A DNA stretch of 64,000 bases, from assembly GCA_964638425.1 (NCBI GenBank), contig CAZWYM010000001.1, positions 74,441 through 138,440 on the forward strand, read 5' to 3'. Below, piece by piece: positions 49,414 through 58,628 of the stretch. Position 1 is the first letter of the stretch. Every line of letters starts with the position of its first letter. This DNA comes from an uncultured Candidatus Saccharibacteria bacterium. GTDB lineage: Bacteria; Patescibacteriota; Minisyncoccia; Phycocordibacterales; UBA918. A model generated the notes under the pieces. It had not been told where the DNA came from. It was given only the letters and a program-made list of their open reading frames with translations, and ran no database searches. Both the position numbers and the translations under genes were made by a program.

Positions 49414-51075
49414 GCTCTCGTAGGAGGCCTTGATGAAGGCGGTAAACAAAGGATGCGGACTCAAAGGACGCGCATGGAACTCTGGATGGAATTGCACGCC
49501 AACAAAGAATGGGTGGACCTCACGAGGAAGTTCCATAATTTCCATGAGCTTTTGGTCGGGCGATGTTCCTGAGAAGACGACCCCTTTAGCACTGAGACGC
49601 TCAACGTACGCTGGATTCACCTCGTAGCGGTGACGATGACGTTCGGTAACCTCAAGCGCTCCATAAGCACGCGCAGCGATACTTCCCTTCTTGAGTGAAG
49701 CGGTGTATTCACCGAGACGCATGGTGCCTCCCATTTCGCCTCGTGCAATCTTCTCCTTCTGGTCGGGCATCACACCAATGACGAGATGTTCTGCGTTCGG
49801 ATTTATTTCCTCGGTACTCGCATCCTTAAGCTTGAGAATGTTCTGTGCATACTCAAGAACAGCGAGTTGCATACCATAGCAAATACCGAAATACGGGATG
49901 TTATTTTTGCGGACATACTCAATCACATTGAGCTTCCCCTCGATACCGGTAGTACCAAATCCCCCAGGGATGAGTACCCCGTCGTACTCTTGCAAGTTCT
50001 TCAACTTCTTCTTATCTGAGAATGAAACAGAAGAAATGTAGTGAATCTCTGGCTTGAGGTGGAGCGCGTACGCTGAGTACTTAATTGCTTCGAGGACTGA
50101 GAGGTACACATCCGATAGGATGAAGTCACCCGAATTAAAGTACTTCCCAACAACGGCAATCTTCACCACGTCCTTTCCGTTCTTTGAACGCTTCACAAAG
50201 TTCTTCCAGTTGGTGAGGTTGGATGGTTTCTTTTTCTTGATACCGAGCACGTCGCAAATACGAAGTGAAAGATCGTCTTTTTCAAAATTCACTGGGACGT
50301 CGTACACACTCGCTACATCAGGAGCTGAGATAACATGCTCAGGCCGTACGTTGCAGAAGCGTGCGATTTTTTCCTTTCGCTTCTTATCGAGTGGTACGGG
50401 ACCACGTGCGAGGATGAAGTCTGCAAAGACGCCCGTGCTGTTGAGGATGCGTGCGGCGGTTTGGGTAGGCTTTGTTTTCATTTCGCCGATGCTTCCCGGG
50501 ACAGGAAGATAGCTCACCATAACGACTGCAACTGAGTCGGGCATCTCTGTCTTCATCATGCGGACAGCTTCAAGGAAGAGTACGTTCTGGTACTCGCCCA
50601 CTGTTCCACCGATTTCGATAGTGGTGACGTCTGCGTTTGCTGTTTCGGCAGCCTTCTTGATACGACGAATCACCTCCTCAGGGATGTGTGGCACTACTTC
50701 AACGTTGTGTCCTCCGTACTCGAGGTTGCGCTCCTTCCTGATGACGTCTTGGTACACGCTCCCCGTCGTCATGTAGTTGATGCCAGGAATATTGGTATTG
50801 AGGAAACGTTCATAGTTCCCCATGTCTTGGTCGGTCTCGAGACCATTCTCGAGGACAAACACTTCACCGTGTTCGGTAGGGTTCATGGTTCCTGCATCGA
50901 CGTTGATGTATGGATCAATTTTGATTGAGGTAACGGTAAGTCCTCGCGCCTGAAGGAGAAGCGCTATTGAAGAAGAGGCAACACCCTTCCCCACTCCACT
51001 CATAACGCCACCGACGACAAATATGTACTTATGTTCTTTTTTCTTTGGTGTTTTCTGATTTTTTTTGACTGCCAT
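49405..51075 (-). CDS. pyrG: CTP synthase
   Basis: GGVMSGVGKG, KIDPYINVDAGTMNPTEHGEVF, GICYGMQ, QFHPEF. Confidence 0.98.
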   Translation of the reverse strand: MAVKKNQKTPKKKEHKYIFVVGGVMSGVGKGVASSSIALLLQARGLTVTSIKIDPYINVDAGTMNPTEHGEVFVLENGLETDQDMGNYERFLNTNIPGINYMTTGSVYQDVIRKERNLEYGGHNVEVVPHIPEEVIRRIKKAAETANADVTTIEIGGTVGEYQNVLFLEAVRMMKTEMPDSVAVVMVSYLPVPGSIGEMKTKPTQTAARILNSTGVFADFILARGPVPLDKKRKEKIARFCNVRPEHVISAPDVASVYDVPVNFEKDDLSLRICDVLGIKKKKPSNLTNWKNFVKRSKNGKDVVKIAVVGKYFNSGDFILSDVYLSVLEAIKYSAYALHLKPEIHYISSVSFSDKKKLKNLQEYDGVLIPGGFGTTGIEGKLNVIEYVRKNNIPYFGICYGMQLAVLEYAQNILKLKDASTEEINPNAEHLVIGVMPDQKEKIARGEMGGTMRLGEYTASLKKGSIAARAYGALEVTERHRHRYEVNPAYVERLSAKGVVFSGTSPDQKLMEIMELPREVHPFFVGVQFHPEFHARPLSPHPLFTAFIKASYESKN

Positions 51076-51076
51076 G

Positions 51077-51997
51077 CTATACACTGAGATACCGAGCAAT
51101 TGCGAGTGTACTTGATGCTGTACCAAGGACAATACCTGAACCAACGAGAACGAAGAAGAGGTATCCGAAGTTGGTCACAAAGTACGTGAATATATTAAAT
51201 GAGAAGAATGCTTCTGTGTGTGGGCCAAGCCAGAGGACGGTTGGGTACAAGATGAGGAGTGCAACGACGCCTGCAATAAGACCATACATAATCCCCTGCA
51301 ATACGAACGGACCACGGATGTACATGTTGGACGCTCCAACGAGTCGCATGACACCTATTTCCTCGCGTGAGGTATAGATGGTGAGACGAATAGTATTAAA
51401 TGCAATCAAGACTGATGAGATGATGAGAACAATCATGGTGATGTAGCTCACTCGCTCGACGGTATTGATGATGTTGGTGAGCTTGTCGATGGCGTTCTTG
51501 TTTTGGTTGAAGTTGATACGGTCGATAAGTGGTGACTCTGTTGCTTCTATATCGCGATGCTGTTCGAGGAAGAGTGCAATGCTTTCGTACTGAGAAGTCT
51601 CCTTTGCGCGGATTGAGAGTGACGCTCCGAGTGGGTTCTCGCCGAGTTCTTCGAGTGCTTGGATGGTGAGCTCGTCGTTCTTGTGTCGTTCACGGAATTC
51701 ACGAAGCGCATCTTCACGTGAGGTGTACACCACTGCTCGTACGTCTGGGAGCGTCTCGATAGAAGTCTTCAAATCGAGCACTGCTTGTTCTTCTGCAGTC
51801 GTCACCATGTAGACATTGATGTCTACCTTATCCTTCACCTGTACGAGTGACGCATTGAGAAGCTGTCCTAGGAGTATCATCGCTCCGACGACGGTGAGTG
51901 TAACGGTAATCACAAAAATGGCTGAGAGCGAAACGAACGCACTCCGCCAAAACCCAACAAACCCTGCACGAATAATTCGTTTGAGACTCGTAATCAT
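51077..51997 (-). CDS. ftsX: Cell division permease FtsX
   Basis: NPL, NTIRL.I..SREEI.VMRLVGA. Confidence 0.93.
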   Translation of the reverse strand: MITSLKRIIRAGFVGFWRSAFVSLSAIFVITVTLTVVGAMILLGQLLNASLVQVKDKVDINVYMVTTAEEQAVLDLKTSIETLPDVRAVVYTSREDALREFRERHKNDELTIQALEELGENPLGASLSIRAKETSQYESIALFLEQHRDIEATESPLIDRINFNQNKNAIDKLTNIINTVERVSYITMIVLIISSVLIAFNTIRLTIYTSREEIGVMRLVGASNMYIRGPFVLQGIMYGLIAGVVALLILYPTVLWLGPHTEAFFSFNIFTYFVTNFGYLFFVLVGSGIVLGTASSTLAIARYLSV

Positions 51998-52004
51998 AAC
52001 TATA

Positions 52005-52688
52005 TTAAAGCACGTACTTACCCTCTGCGTCATCCCTTACTATCCGACCTTCATCCATCGTGATGACTCGACGACCAAGTGCATCAATAACGCCCTTATT
52101 GTGGGTCGTCATAATGACCGTTGTGCCGAGATCGTTGATTTTCTTGAGAATTTGAACCACCTCGTATGTCGCAATCGGGTCGAGGTTTCCTGTTGGTTCG
52201 TCGGCAATAATCATGTCGGGCTGGTTCACAATCGCTCGCGCAATAGCGACACGCTGTTTCTCCCCTCCTGAAAGCTCATGGGGGAAATTCCATACCTTGT
52301 CGCCAAGGTCGACGAGTTCGAGTGCTTGTGGCACGTTTTCTGCAATTTCTGCATCGGTGCGACCGTTCGCCTCCATTGCAAAGGCAATATTCTCATACGC
52401 GGTTTTGTTAGGAAGGAGTTTGAAATCCTGAAATACCGTTCCAATCTTTCTTCGGAACTTTGGGAGCGCCCCTCGTGAGATGGTGTGGATGTCGAGTGAC
52501 TCAAAAAAGACCTGCCCCTTTGTCGGAGAATCTTCAGCAATGAGCATCTTAAGGAGGGTCGTCTTGCCCGCTCCTGAGTGTCCGACGAGCGACACGAATT
52601 CACCTGGAGCTACCTGAAACGTTACTTCTTGGAGTGCAACCGAACGTCCACCGTTGTAGATTTTCGAAACGTTATCAAAGTAAATCAT
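52005..52688 (-). CDS. ftsE: Cell division ATP-binding protein FtsE
   Basis: [34 protein letters not shown]. Confidence 0.95.
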   Translation of the reverse strand: MIYFDNVSKIYNGGRSVALQEVTFQVAPGEFVSLVGHSGAGKTTLLKMLIAEDSPTKGQVFFESLDIHTISRGALPKFRRKIGTVFQDFKLLPNKTAYENIAFAMEANGRTDAEIAENVPQALELVDLGDKVWNFPHELSGGEKQRVAIARAIVNQPDMIIADEPTGNLDPIATYEVVQILKKINDLGTTVIMTTHNKGVIDALGRRVITMDEGRIVRDDAEGKYVL

Positions 52689-52701
52689 ATACTCTTCTAT
52701 T

Positions 52702-53577
52702 TTAACCTAACTGGGTCTCTGAGTCTATAAATATCTGAATATCACCTTGTAATACCTTCTCAATATCGCGCACCTCTGTGTCGGTGCGATGATCTTTTAC
52801 GAGCTGGTACGGATGGAGTACGTATGAACGTATCTGACTTCCCCATTCAATCTTGAGAGTCTTCTCTACCGACAAGCCCTTGAGCTCGCGCTTGTGTTGC
52901 TCTTCTTCAAAGGCGTATACCTTTCCTGCGAGGAGTGCGAGTGCCTTCTCTTTGTTTTGTTGTTGACTACGCTCTGAAGAAACGTGCACTGAAATTTTGG
53001 TCGCGAGGTGTGAGGCACGCACTGCGGTCTCGCGTTTGTTTACGTTTTGCCCTCCTGCTCCTCCAGCTTTTGCATAGGTAATCTCTATATCGTCGTCATG
53101 TAGTCCAACCTCCTTTACGTCGTCAATACGTGGTGAGATTTCAACAAGTGCAAAGGAGGTCTGTCGCTTCGCGTTTGCATTGAAGGGAGAGATACGCACC
53201 AAGCGGTGCACCCCCGACTCGAGTCTCAGTGTCCCGTACGCTTCTTTTCCTCCTATTTCAAATACGACGTTGCGGTATCCATTGTGGTCGTTTGTATTTG
53301 AATCAATAATCGAAACTGACCACCCTCTCCCCTCAGCATATTTCTGGTACATCTCTACAAGCATCCGCGCAAAGTCTTCTGCATCGTCTCCTCCTGCACC
53401 AGCAACGACGGTAACGATTGCGTTGTTCCTGTCGTACTTCCCCTTCCCGTCTTTTTCTGCCTTGAGTGTTTCAAGTTCCTTAAACATTGCCTGCGCTTCC
53501 TTGGGGTTGTTCCAAAAATCAGAGCGCACCATTGCGTCTTCAATTTCCTTTATTCGTTCCTCAGGCGAGAGTGACAT
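52702..53577 (-). CDS. prfB: Peptide chain release factor 2 (short form)
   Basis: SPF tripeptide, GGQ, WGSQIRSYVLHPY. Confidence 0.93.
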   Translation of the reverse strand: MSLSPEERIKEIEDAMVRSDFWNNPKEAQAMFKELETLKAEKDGKGKYDRNNAIVTVVAGAGGDDAEDFARMLVEMYQKYAEGRGWSVSIIDSNTNDHNGYRNVVFEIGGKEAYGTLRLESGVHRLVRISPFNANAKRQTSFALVEISPRIDDVKEVGLHDDDIEITYAKAGGAGGQNVNKRETAVRASHLATKISVHVSSERSQQQNKEKALALLAGKVYAFEEEQHKRELKGLSVEKTLKIEWGSQIRSYVLHPYQLVKDHRTDTEVRDIEKVLQGDIQIFIDSETQLG

Positions 53578-53710
53578 AGAATATGAGTATACCACTTAAT
53601 CCTTACCAAGCATTTCGTTGCTTTTACAATGCGAAAGGAACATTATTTCCTCCTTTATTTCTTGACATGCGGTACCAAAGAGATACTGTGGATAGAGAAA
53701 GGAGACGACC

Positions 53711-53929
53711 ATGACCAAGCTCACATTTAAACCTCTTTCGAGAGGACGGTACCGATGTAATCAAACAGGAACAATCATGACACAACGGCAAATTCTTGCC
53801 TACGTATCTGGCTTCCTTGCTACGGGACATGAAGTGAAGATTGCACCAACACACTCCCCTTCACCAAACGCACCCGCGGAGGAAAAGAAACAAGACCATC
53901 CATCAAAATACAGGACAAAACATTCATGA
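53711..53929 (+). CDS. Hypothetical small protein
   Basis: AAGGAG SD upstream, hairpin at 53941-53962 downstream. Confidence 0.55.
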   Translation: MTKLTFKPLSRGRYRCNQTGTIMTQRQILAYVSGFLATGHEVKIAPTHSPSPNAPAEEKKQDHPSKYRTKHS

Positions 53930-54143
53930 AAATACGACCAACGGACACTCTCAAGTGTCCGTTTCTTTATAAAAAATACCCCCGCGGTGGGTATTTATGT
54001 TTTTGACGTCAGCTCACTAATTCGCTTACGCTCAAAAGTGGCTCCTGTCCGACCTCGCGGTTTTGGCATTATAAATAGCCAAAACATCGCTCCGGTTCTC
54101 AAAGCTAAAAAACAACACGCAGGTGTTGTTTTTCTTTACGCCT

Positions 54144-54280
54144 TGAGCCATCTCCCGGGATTGGCGTCCAACTCTAGTTCACTACGTTCACAAGAGTTAC
54201 CTGCCCGCGGTTTGCTGTTTCGTGACATTAGGAATAATGTCACTCACATCGCAAACCGTTCAATCCCGGGAGATGTCTCC
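54144..54280. repeat. tRNA-3'-end-bracketed element, core A
   Basis: tgagccatctcccgggattg 54144-54163 and inverted gttcaatcccgggagatg 54258-54275 around ctagttcactacgttcacaaga...gcggtttgctgtttcgt. Confidence 0.85.
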
Positions 54281-54301
54281 CTCGTCATTATATTCCTCGT
54301 G

Positions 54302-54374
54302 AGCCATCTCCCGGGATTGAACCGGGGACCTCATCCTTACCATGGATGCGCTCTACCGACTGAGCTAAGATGGC
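54302..54374 (-). tRNA. tRNA-Thr(GGT)
   Basis: GCCATCT...CATCC AT GGT AA GGATG...GTTCAATC...AGATGGC T. Confidence 0.95.
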
Positions 54375-54518
54375 AATAGTACAGTGTGAAGGTGGTTAAA
54401 AATTCATTGACATAGGGAGTGTCAATTTAGGACCACTATAGGTATGGTCAACGCCCCTCACACTGCGATAGAAGAATACCAAAGTTTTCACTGAAAACAA
54501 AACGTATCGATACCTAGA

Positions 54519-55361
54519 TTAGAGGGAAAGTTCATTCATCCGAGCAAATGTAAATCCTTCGTCTTCCAATGCATCAAGGAGATTGGTGTAATATTCTTGA
54601 TACTTTTCGGCACTATGCGCAGGACCATCTGCAAAATCTTGTGGGTGCAACATAATAATGCAGTAGGTACTTGTCTCAAATCCAACCTTGCATGATTCCA
54701 CAATTTTTTCTGGGGTAAGAAGCGAATCTGTATCATAGTTAAATGTAGATGTGTCGTAATCGAATTGCCCTTTCCCTTCCGATGAGAGGTGTGTGAATCC
54801 GAGTTCATGGAGGGCCTCTACGGTACCTTGCGAATGTACGTTAAACGGAGGAATCCATGTCACAACAGGCTCTTCCGTAACCCCACGTAGCACTTCTAAA
54901 CCAAACAAGATGTGTTCGCGCGCTTCTTCTTTTGTGTATGTACCAAACTCTGGATGGTTGCCATATTCTCCTCCATCGTGTGTTAGCCCATGTAGTGCAA
55001 TTTCATTACGACATGCCGTGGCTTTAAGAAAAGCGCTCAGTGCTTTGTCATCATTAAGACCTAACGGAATGAGTCCTAGAGTAAGTGGTATGTCACGCTT
55101 CCCTGCATCAGTGATCATTTTTTCGCTTGTTTCCCTCCATGAGTAGGCTTGAATGTCGTCAATACGTAGTACGACTGTTTTATCACTCACCGTTCCCTCA
55201 AGTGGTATACAGGTTTTATTAATAGAAACATCGACTGGTAATACACCAGAATTACTGAAAAAAGCAACATAAATAACTCCTGCAACCATTCCTCCAAACA
55301 CGGCAATAATACCGACGAGACGGAGTGCTTGTGTAAATTGTTTTAAAAGTGACGGCTTCAT
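54519..55361 (-). CDS. Polysaccharide deacetylase-like (DUF2334)
   Basis: LRIDDI, EIALHGLTH, WIPPFN, MLHPQDF. Confidence 0.85.
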   Translation of the reverse strand: MKPSLLKQFTQALRLVGIIAVFGGMVAGVIYVAFFSNSGVLPVDVSINKTCIPLEGTVSDKTVVLRIDDIQAYSWRETSEKMITDAGKRDIPLTLGLIPLGLNDDKALSAFLKATACRNEIALHGLTHDGGEYGNHPEFGTYTKEEAREHILFGLEVLRGVTEEPVVTWIPPFNVHSQGTVEALHELGFTHLSSEGKGQFDYDTSTFNYDTDSLLTPEKIVESCKVGFETSTYCIIMLHPQDFADGPAHSAEKYQEYYTNLLDALEDEGFTFARMNELSL

Positions 55362-55449
55362 GAATGTACAATATATAGTATCATTCTAAAAAGACAATCA
55401 GGGAAGATTGTTTGATACTGAGGTATATATGTACTAGAGTAATTTAGTT

Positions 55450-55522
55450 GCCGTTTTAGCTCAGTTGGTAGAGCATTGCATTCGTAACGCAAAGGTCCGG
55501 AGTTCGATCCTCCGAGACGGCT
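55450..55522 (+). tRNA. tRNA-Thr(CGT)
   Basis: GCCGTTT...TTGCA TT CGT AA CGCAA...GTTCGATC...AGACGGC T. Confidence 0.92.
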
Positions 55523-55533
55523 CATGAAGTAAA

Positions 55534-55656
55534 TGAGGGGTCTCGGATATATGTTTCAATATATACCTAGGATCGAAAAGGATGTCGGGATTTTCTCCCG
55601 AAAATACCATACAACCTGAACAGAATCTGTAAGATTCGATCCTCCGAGACGGCTCA
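55534..55656. repeat. tRNA-3'-end-bracketed element, core C
   Basis: Split antisense copy 55534-55577, core 55580-55634, exact sense copy ttcgatcctccgagacggctca 55635-55656. Confidence 0.85.
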
Positions 55657-55734
55657 GAATAAAGCCTGGATATAGCGTTGCAAAATATGTATAGAACGGC
55701 TATACTCATCGCTATCGCATGTGTTGATACATTT

Positions 55735-55808
55735 GCGGTGGTAGCTCAACTGGTTAGAGCACCCGCCTGTCACGCGGGAGGTTGCGGGTTCGAGTCCCGT
55801 CTACCGCG
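55735..55808 (+). tRNA. tRNA-Asp(GTC)
   Basis: GCGGTGG...CCCGC CT GTC AC GCGGG...GTTCGAGTC...CTACCGC G. Confidence 0.95.
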
Positions 55809-55854
55809 CAATTAGTAAAACGGCAATTTCAAACGAAATTGCCGTTTTACGTTA

Positions 55855-55902
55855 TGAGCGGTAGTTTCAAATGTGTGGGACACATTTGAAAAGGGGCTCG
55901 AA
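55855..55902. repeat. Hairpin-split antisense copy of the tRNA-Asp 3' end
   Basis: tgagcggtag[tttcaaatgtgtgggacacatttgaaa]aggggctcgaa vs expected tgcgcggtagacgggactcgaa. Confidence 0.75.
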
Positions 55903-55976
55903 GAATCTGAGCAGGCTCTGCGAAGAGTGTACTGAACAAAACAATTTCGAGATATTTTCCTTAAAATATGGGATAA

Positions 55977-56290
55977 GACGCCAAGGATTGGTCACGAGTT
56001 GCTAAGTATTATTCGAAGCAAAGCTTCTTAAATCCTAAGCACTCTCGACTCCACCTCGACTCTACCTCCTGCCCCGCAGGCAAGTCTGCGGTTTTCAATC
56101 CTTGCCGTCGAAAAACTTAGTACACAAAACACCAGATGTGTATCTGGTGTTTTGTGTACTTGTGTCGACGGCAAGGATTGAAACGTACCGTTTCCGTTTA
56201 GGTTGTATGATACTTTCCTCCTTCGGTCGAAAGTATCGACAACCTTTTCAATCCCTGACGTACTCTTTCCCAAAGAGTACTCCCTCGCCA
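55977..56290. repeat. Two stacked tRNA-3'-end-bracketed elements (core B 55977-56111, core C 56161-56290)
   Basis: Copies of tgtgtcgacggcaaggattgaa at 56161-56182 (exact) and 55977-55990 (degenerate); inverted copies at 56094-56111 and 56247-56290 (split). Confidence 0.85.
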
Positions 56291-56321
56291 GTCAAAAACC
56301 GCCGTGAGGCGGTTTTATTTG

Positions 56322-56394
56322 TGTCGACGGCAAGGATTGAACTTGCGACCTTATCTTTATGAGTGATATGCTCTACCAACTGAGCTACGCCGAC
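56322..56394 (-). tRNA. tRNA with CAT anticodon (elongator Met or Ile2)
   Basis: GTCGGCG...TATCA CT CAT AA AGATA...GTTCAATC...CGTCGAC A. Confidence 0.9.
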
Positions 56395-56603
56395 AGGTGA
56401 ATGCGCGAGCGAAATAAGAATATGTATATTCTTATTTTCGAGCAAATGAAATCTGTATGGTTCCCCTACGAGTGAGGAAGGGGGTGAAAATTTATTTTCA
56501 CCCATTTTCCGAACGAAGTCGGCGGAAGCTTTGCTTACACCGACATACACATAATGTGCGTGTGCAAGAATACCATTAGATATCCTTCCCTTCAACCTTC
56601 TTA

Positions 56604-57281
56604 TTATCGCATTGATAAAATTGTTTCCGCCTTCACTATATCTTCTGGGTATCCTATTGGAATCCAGAATTGCTCCTCAACTACCGCAACAGGATACTCC
56701 CGCGCATACCGCTCAATCACTTCAGTGAGATAATACTCGCCATTGACTGGATTTGCTGGTTCAAATTGAAATATACGGTCATCGAGAACCATGACTCCTG
56801 TCGAAACGAGATTAGAAGGAGGGTGTGTCGGTTTTTCAACAATTTCTGAAAGTGTTCCATCTGGGTTACGCACGACTACTCCGAAACGCTCTGGTGTATC
56901 ACTTGTTTTTGCGAGCATACCCCGACTGTATGATGCGACGCGTGCAATATCATCCTTGCCGTGGATATCGTCGGCAAACATAAAAAGGAAACGTCCCTTC
57001 AGAAGGTCTTTACATAACCAAAGTGCTCGCGCTGTTCCATCTTGCTCAACTTGCTCGATATAGGTTACCTTCTTCCCTTGGAATTCAGAACCGTAATATT
57101 CACGGATTTGGTCACCTAGATAACCCACCACAATGATAAGCTCGTCGACAGCGCTCGGGAGCGCATCAATGATGTGATTGAGGAGTGGCTTCCCCGACAC
57201 AGGAACGAGTGGCTTAGGAGTATTTTCTGTAAGCGGGCGGAGACGTGTCCCCTTTCCTGCTGCTAAAATGACGCATTGCAT
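56604..57281 (-). CDS. Sugar-phosphate nucleotidyltransferase
   Basis: VILAAGKGTRLRPLT..TPKPL, EKP, EYYLT. Confidence 0.92.
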   Translation of the reverse strand: MQCVILAAGKGTRLRPLTENTPKPLVPVSGKPLLNHIIDALPSAVDELIIVVGYLGDQIREYYGSEFQGKKVTYIEQVEQDGTARALWLCKDLLKGRFLFMFADDIHGKDDIARVASYSRGMLAKTSDTPERFGVVVRNPDGTLSEIVEKPTHPPSNLVSTGVMVLDDRIFQFEPANPVNGEYYLTEVIERYAREYPVAVVEEQFWIPIGYPEDIVKAETILSMR

Positions 57282-57348
57282 ATACTCGTATTTATAGCAT
57301 GAAAGCATAAAACAAAAAAACACCCCATACGGGGTGCTTTTTGTAACG

Positions 57349-57490
57349 TGTTGCGAGAGGTGTGGAATCGACATCGAGTTCCTAAGTATTTTTCGCAAAC
57401 TCAAAATACTAAGGACTTGTCGGCTCACCTCGGCACTTACCCCCGCCCCGCGGGCGTGCCTGCGGTCGTTCGATTCCAGACATTTTCGCA
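57349..57490. repeat. tRNA-3'-end-bracketed element, core B
   Basis: tgttgcgagaggtgtggaatcga ... gttcgattccagacattttcgca around a core matching 55995-56092. Confidence 0.8.
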
Positions 57491-57536
57491 GAGAATACAA
57501 AAAGATCTGCATAATGCAGATCTTTTTGTATTCTTG

Positions 57537-57827
57537 TTGCGGAGCCTGGAATCGAACCAGGGTCTGGAGGTTATGCTTACCTGCTACAATTTTCATTGCT
57601 CAAGCGATAGCTTGATTTGTGGTCTGGACTATACCTTCATCTTTCTTAAAAAAGTTAAGATGCCTACCATCTAGTCTCTACACCTTCCCATCACTTTGAT
57701 GGGCTTGGCTCGGTATTGCCATGTGCTATACGCACGAAGGTTTCACCGAATTTGGCAGGATTCCATAGAGCATTTCTGCTTTACGAGCCCAATTGAGCCT
57801 CCCGAGGTACCTCTCCTCTACTCCGCG
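57537..57827 (-). tRNA. Initiator tRNA-fMet(CAT), exons 57796-57827 and 57537-57575
   Basis: CGCGGAG..CTCCGCA with C1:A72 mismatch; GGAGG CT^CAT AA CCTCC. Confidence 0.9.
57576..57795 (-). ncRNA. Group I intron (220 nt, no ORF) in the tRNA-fMet anticodon loop
   Basis: Inserted after U33, ends in G; AAATTCGGTGAAACC, AATACCGAGC, GTAGAGACTAGATGG, AAGGTATAGTCC (P/Q/R/S-like). Confidence 0.9.
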
Positions 57828-58008
57828 ATGATGTGTTTGCTTACCTCTCCTCGTCCCTACTTGAACAAGTGAGGGCGGAAGAATGAATTTATTCATTCTC
57901 TACGTACGAACGCAGTTCAAGCAAGCTTTGCTTACAGGACCTGTTCTTCTACTCACCTCAAAATAATGAGTACACATGAATGTACCGCATGTTTTGAATA
58001 TACGCAAA

Positions 58009-58611
58009 TTAAATAACCCCGAATTCTTGGAATACACGTTCGAATCGAACAAGTGTTTCTTGCGCCATTTTGCGGGTGAGGATGAAGTCGCTTCCAGCGT
58101 GAGCAATTTCATTTCGGACTTTGTGTGCCTCCCATGCGTCTTGAATTGTGGTAAATGAATGTGGATTTGCCATCTTTAGTTTCTCCCCAACGCTCTGCCC
58201 GACATACCCTGCATTGGTAAGCGTCTCATCGAGGAAAATGTCTGCTTCAATGATTCCCACTCGCCATGACTCAGGATTGTTTTCGGTAAGGTGTGCTTTG
58301 ATGAGGCTCCATCTTGAATTCTTTGAACCAACGCGTTCGTGGTGCATCGCCCAGTGATGCTCTGCTTCGTGTAATTGGTGGTGTTCAATCTCATGCAACT
58401 GCCCATAGCGAATTTTTGCATAGATATACCCTACAAAGAAAAGAAGCGATAGGAGTATTGCAATGACTGAATAGATGTTCCACCAGTGTTGGAGTGTCGT
58501 AAGAATAGAATCCCAATCACCCCCAAACAGCTTCTCATACAAAAAGCGAAATATACTCTCGATATCGAGTCCGTATGTTTGGTACAGAATGTCGTTTTCG
58601 TCTGGTGTCAT
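58009..58611 (-). CDS. Conserved hypothetical membrane protein
   Basis: TM then WRVGIIEAD...GEKLK...AWEAHKVRNEIAH (HEPN-like RxxxxH). Confidence 0.75.
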   Translation of the reverse strand: MTPDENDILYQTYGLDIESIFRFLYEKLFGGDWDSILTTLQHWWNIYSVIAILLSLLFFVGYIYAKIRYGQLHEIEHHQLHEAEHHWAMHHERVGSKNSRWSLIKAHLTENNPESWRVGIIEADIFLDETLTNAGYVGQSVGEKLKMANPHSFTTIQDAWEAHKVRNEIAHAGSDFILTRKMAQETLVRFERVFQEFGVI

Positions 58612-58628
58612 GTGATGACCACTTCTCC

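Noticed and set aside
53987-57674. ORFs 53987-54379, 55461-55709, 56028-56595, 57334-57674 and the N-terminal extension of 56604-57596
   Set aside because: They run through tRNAs and structured repeats. The nucleotidyltransferase motif begins at the ATG at 57281.
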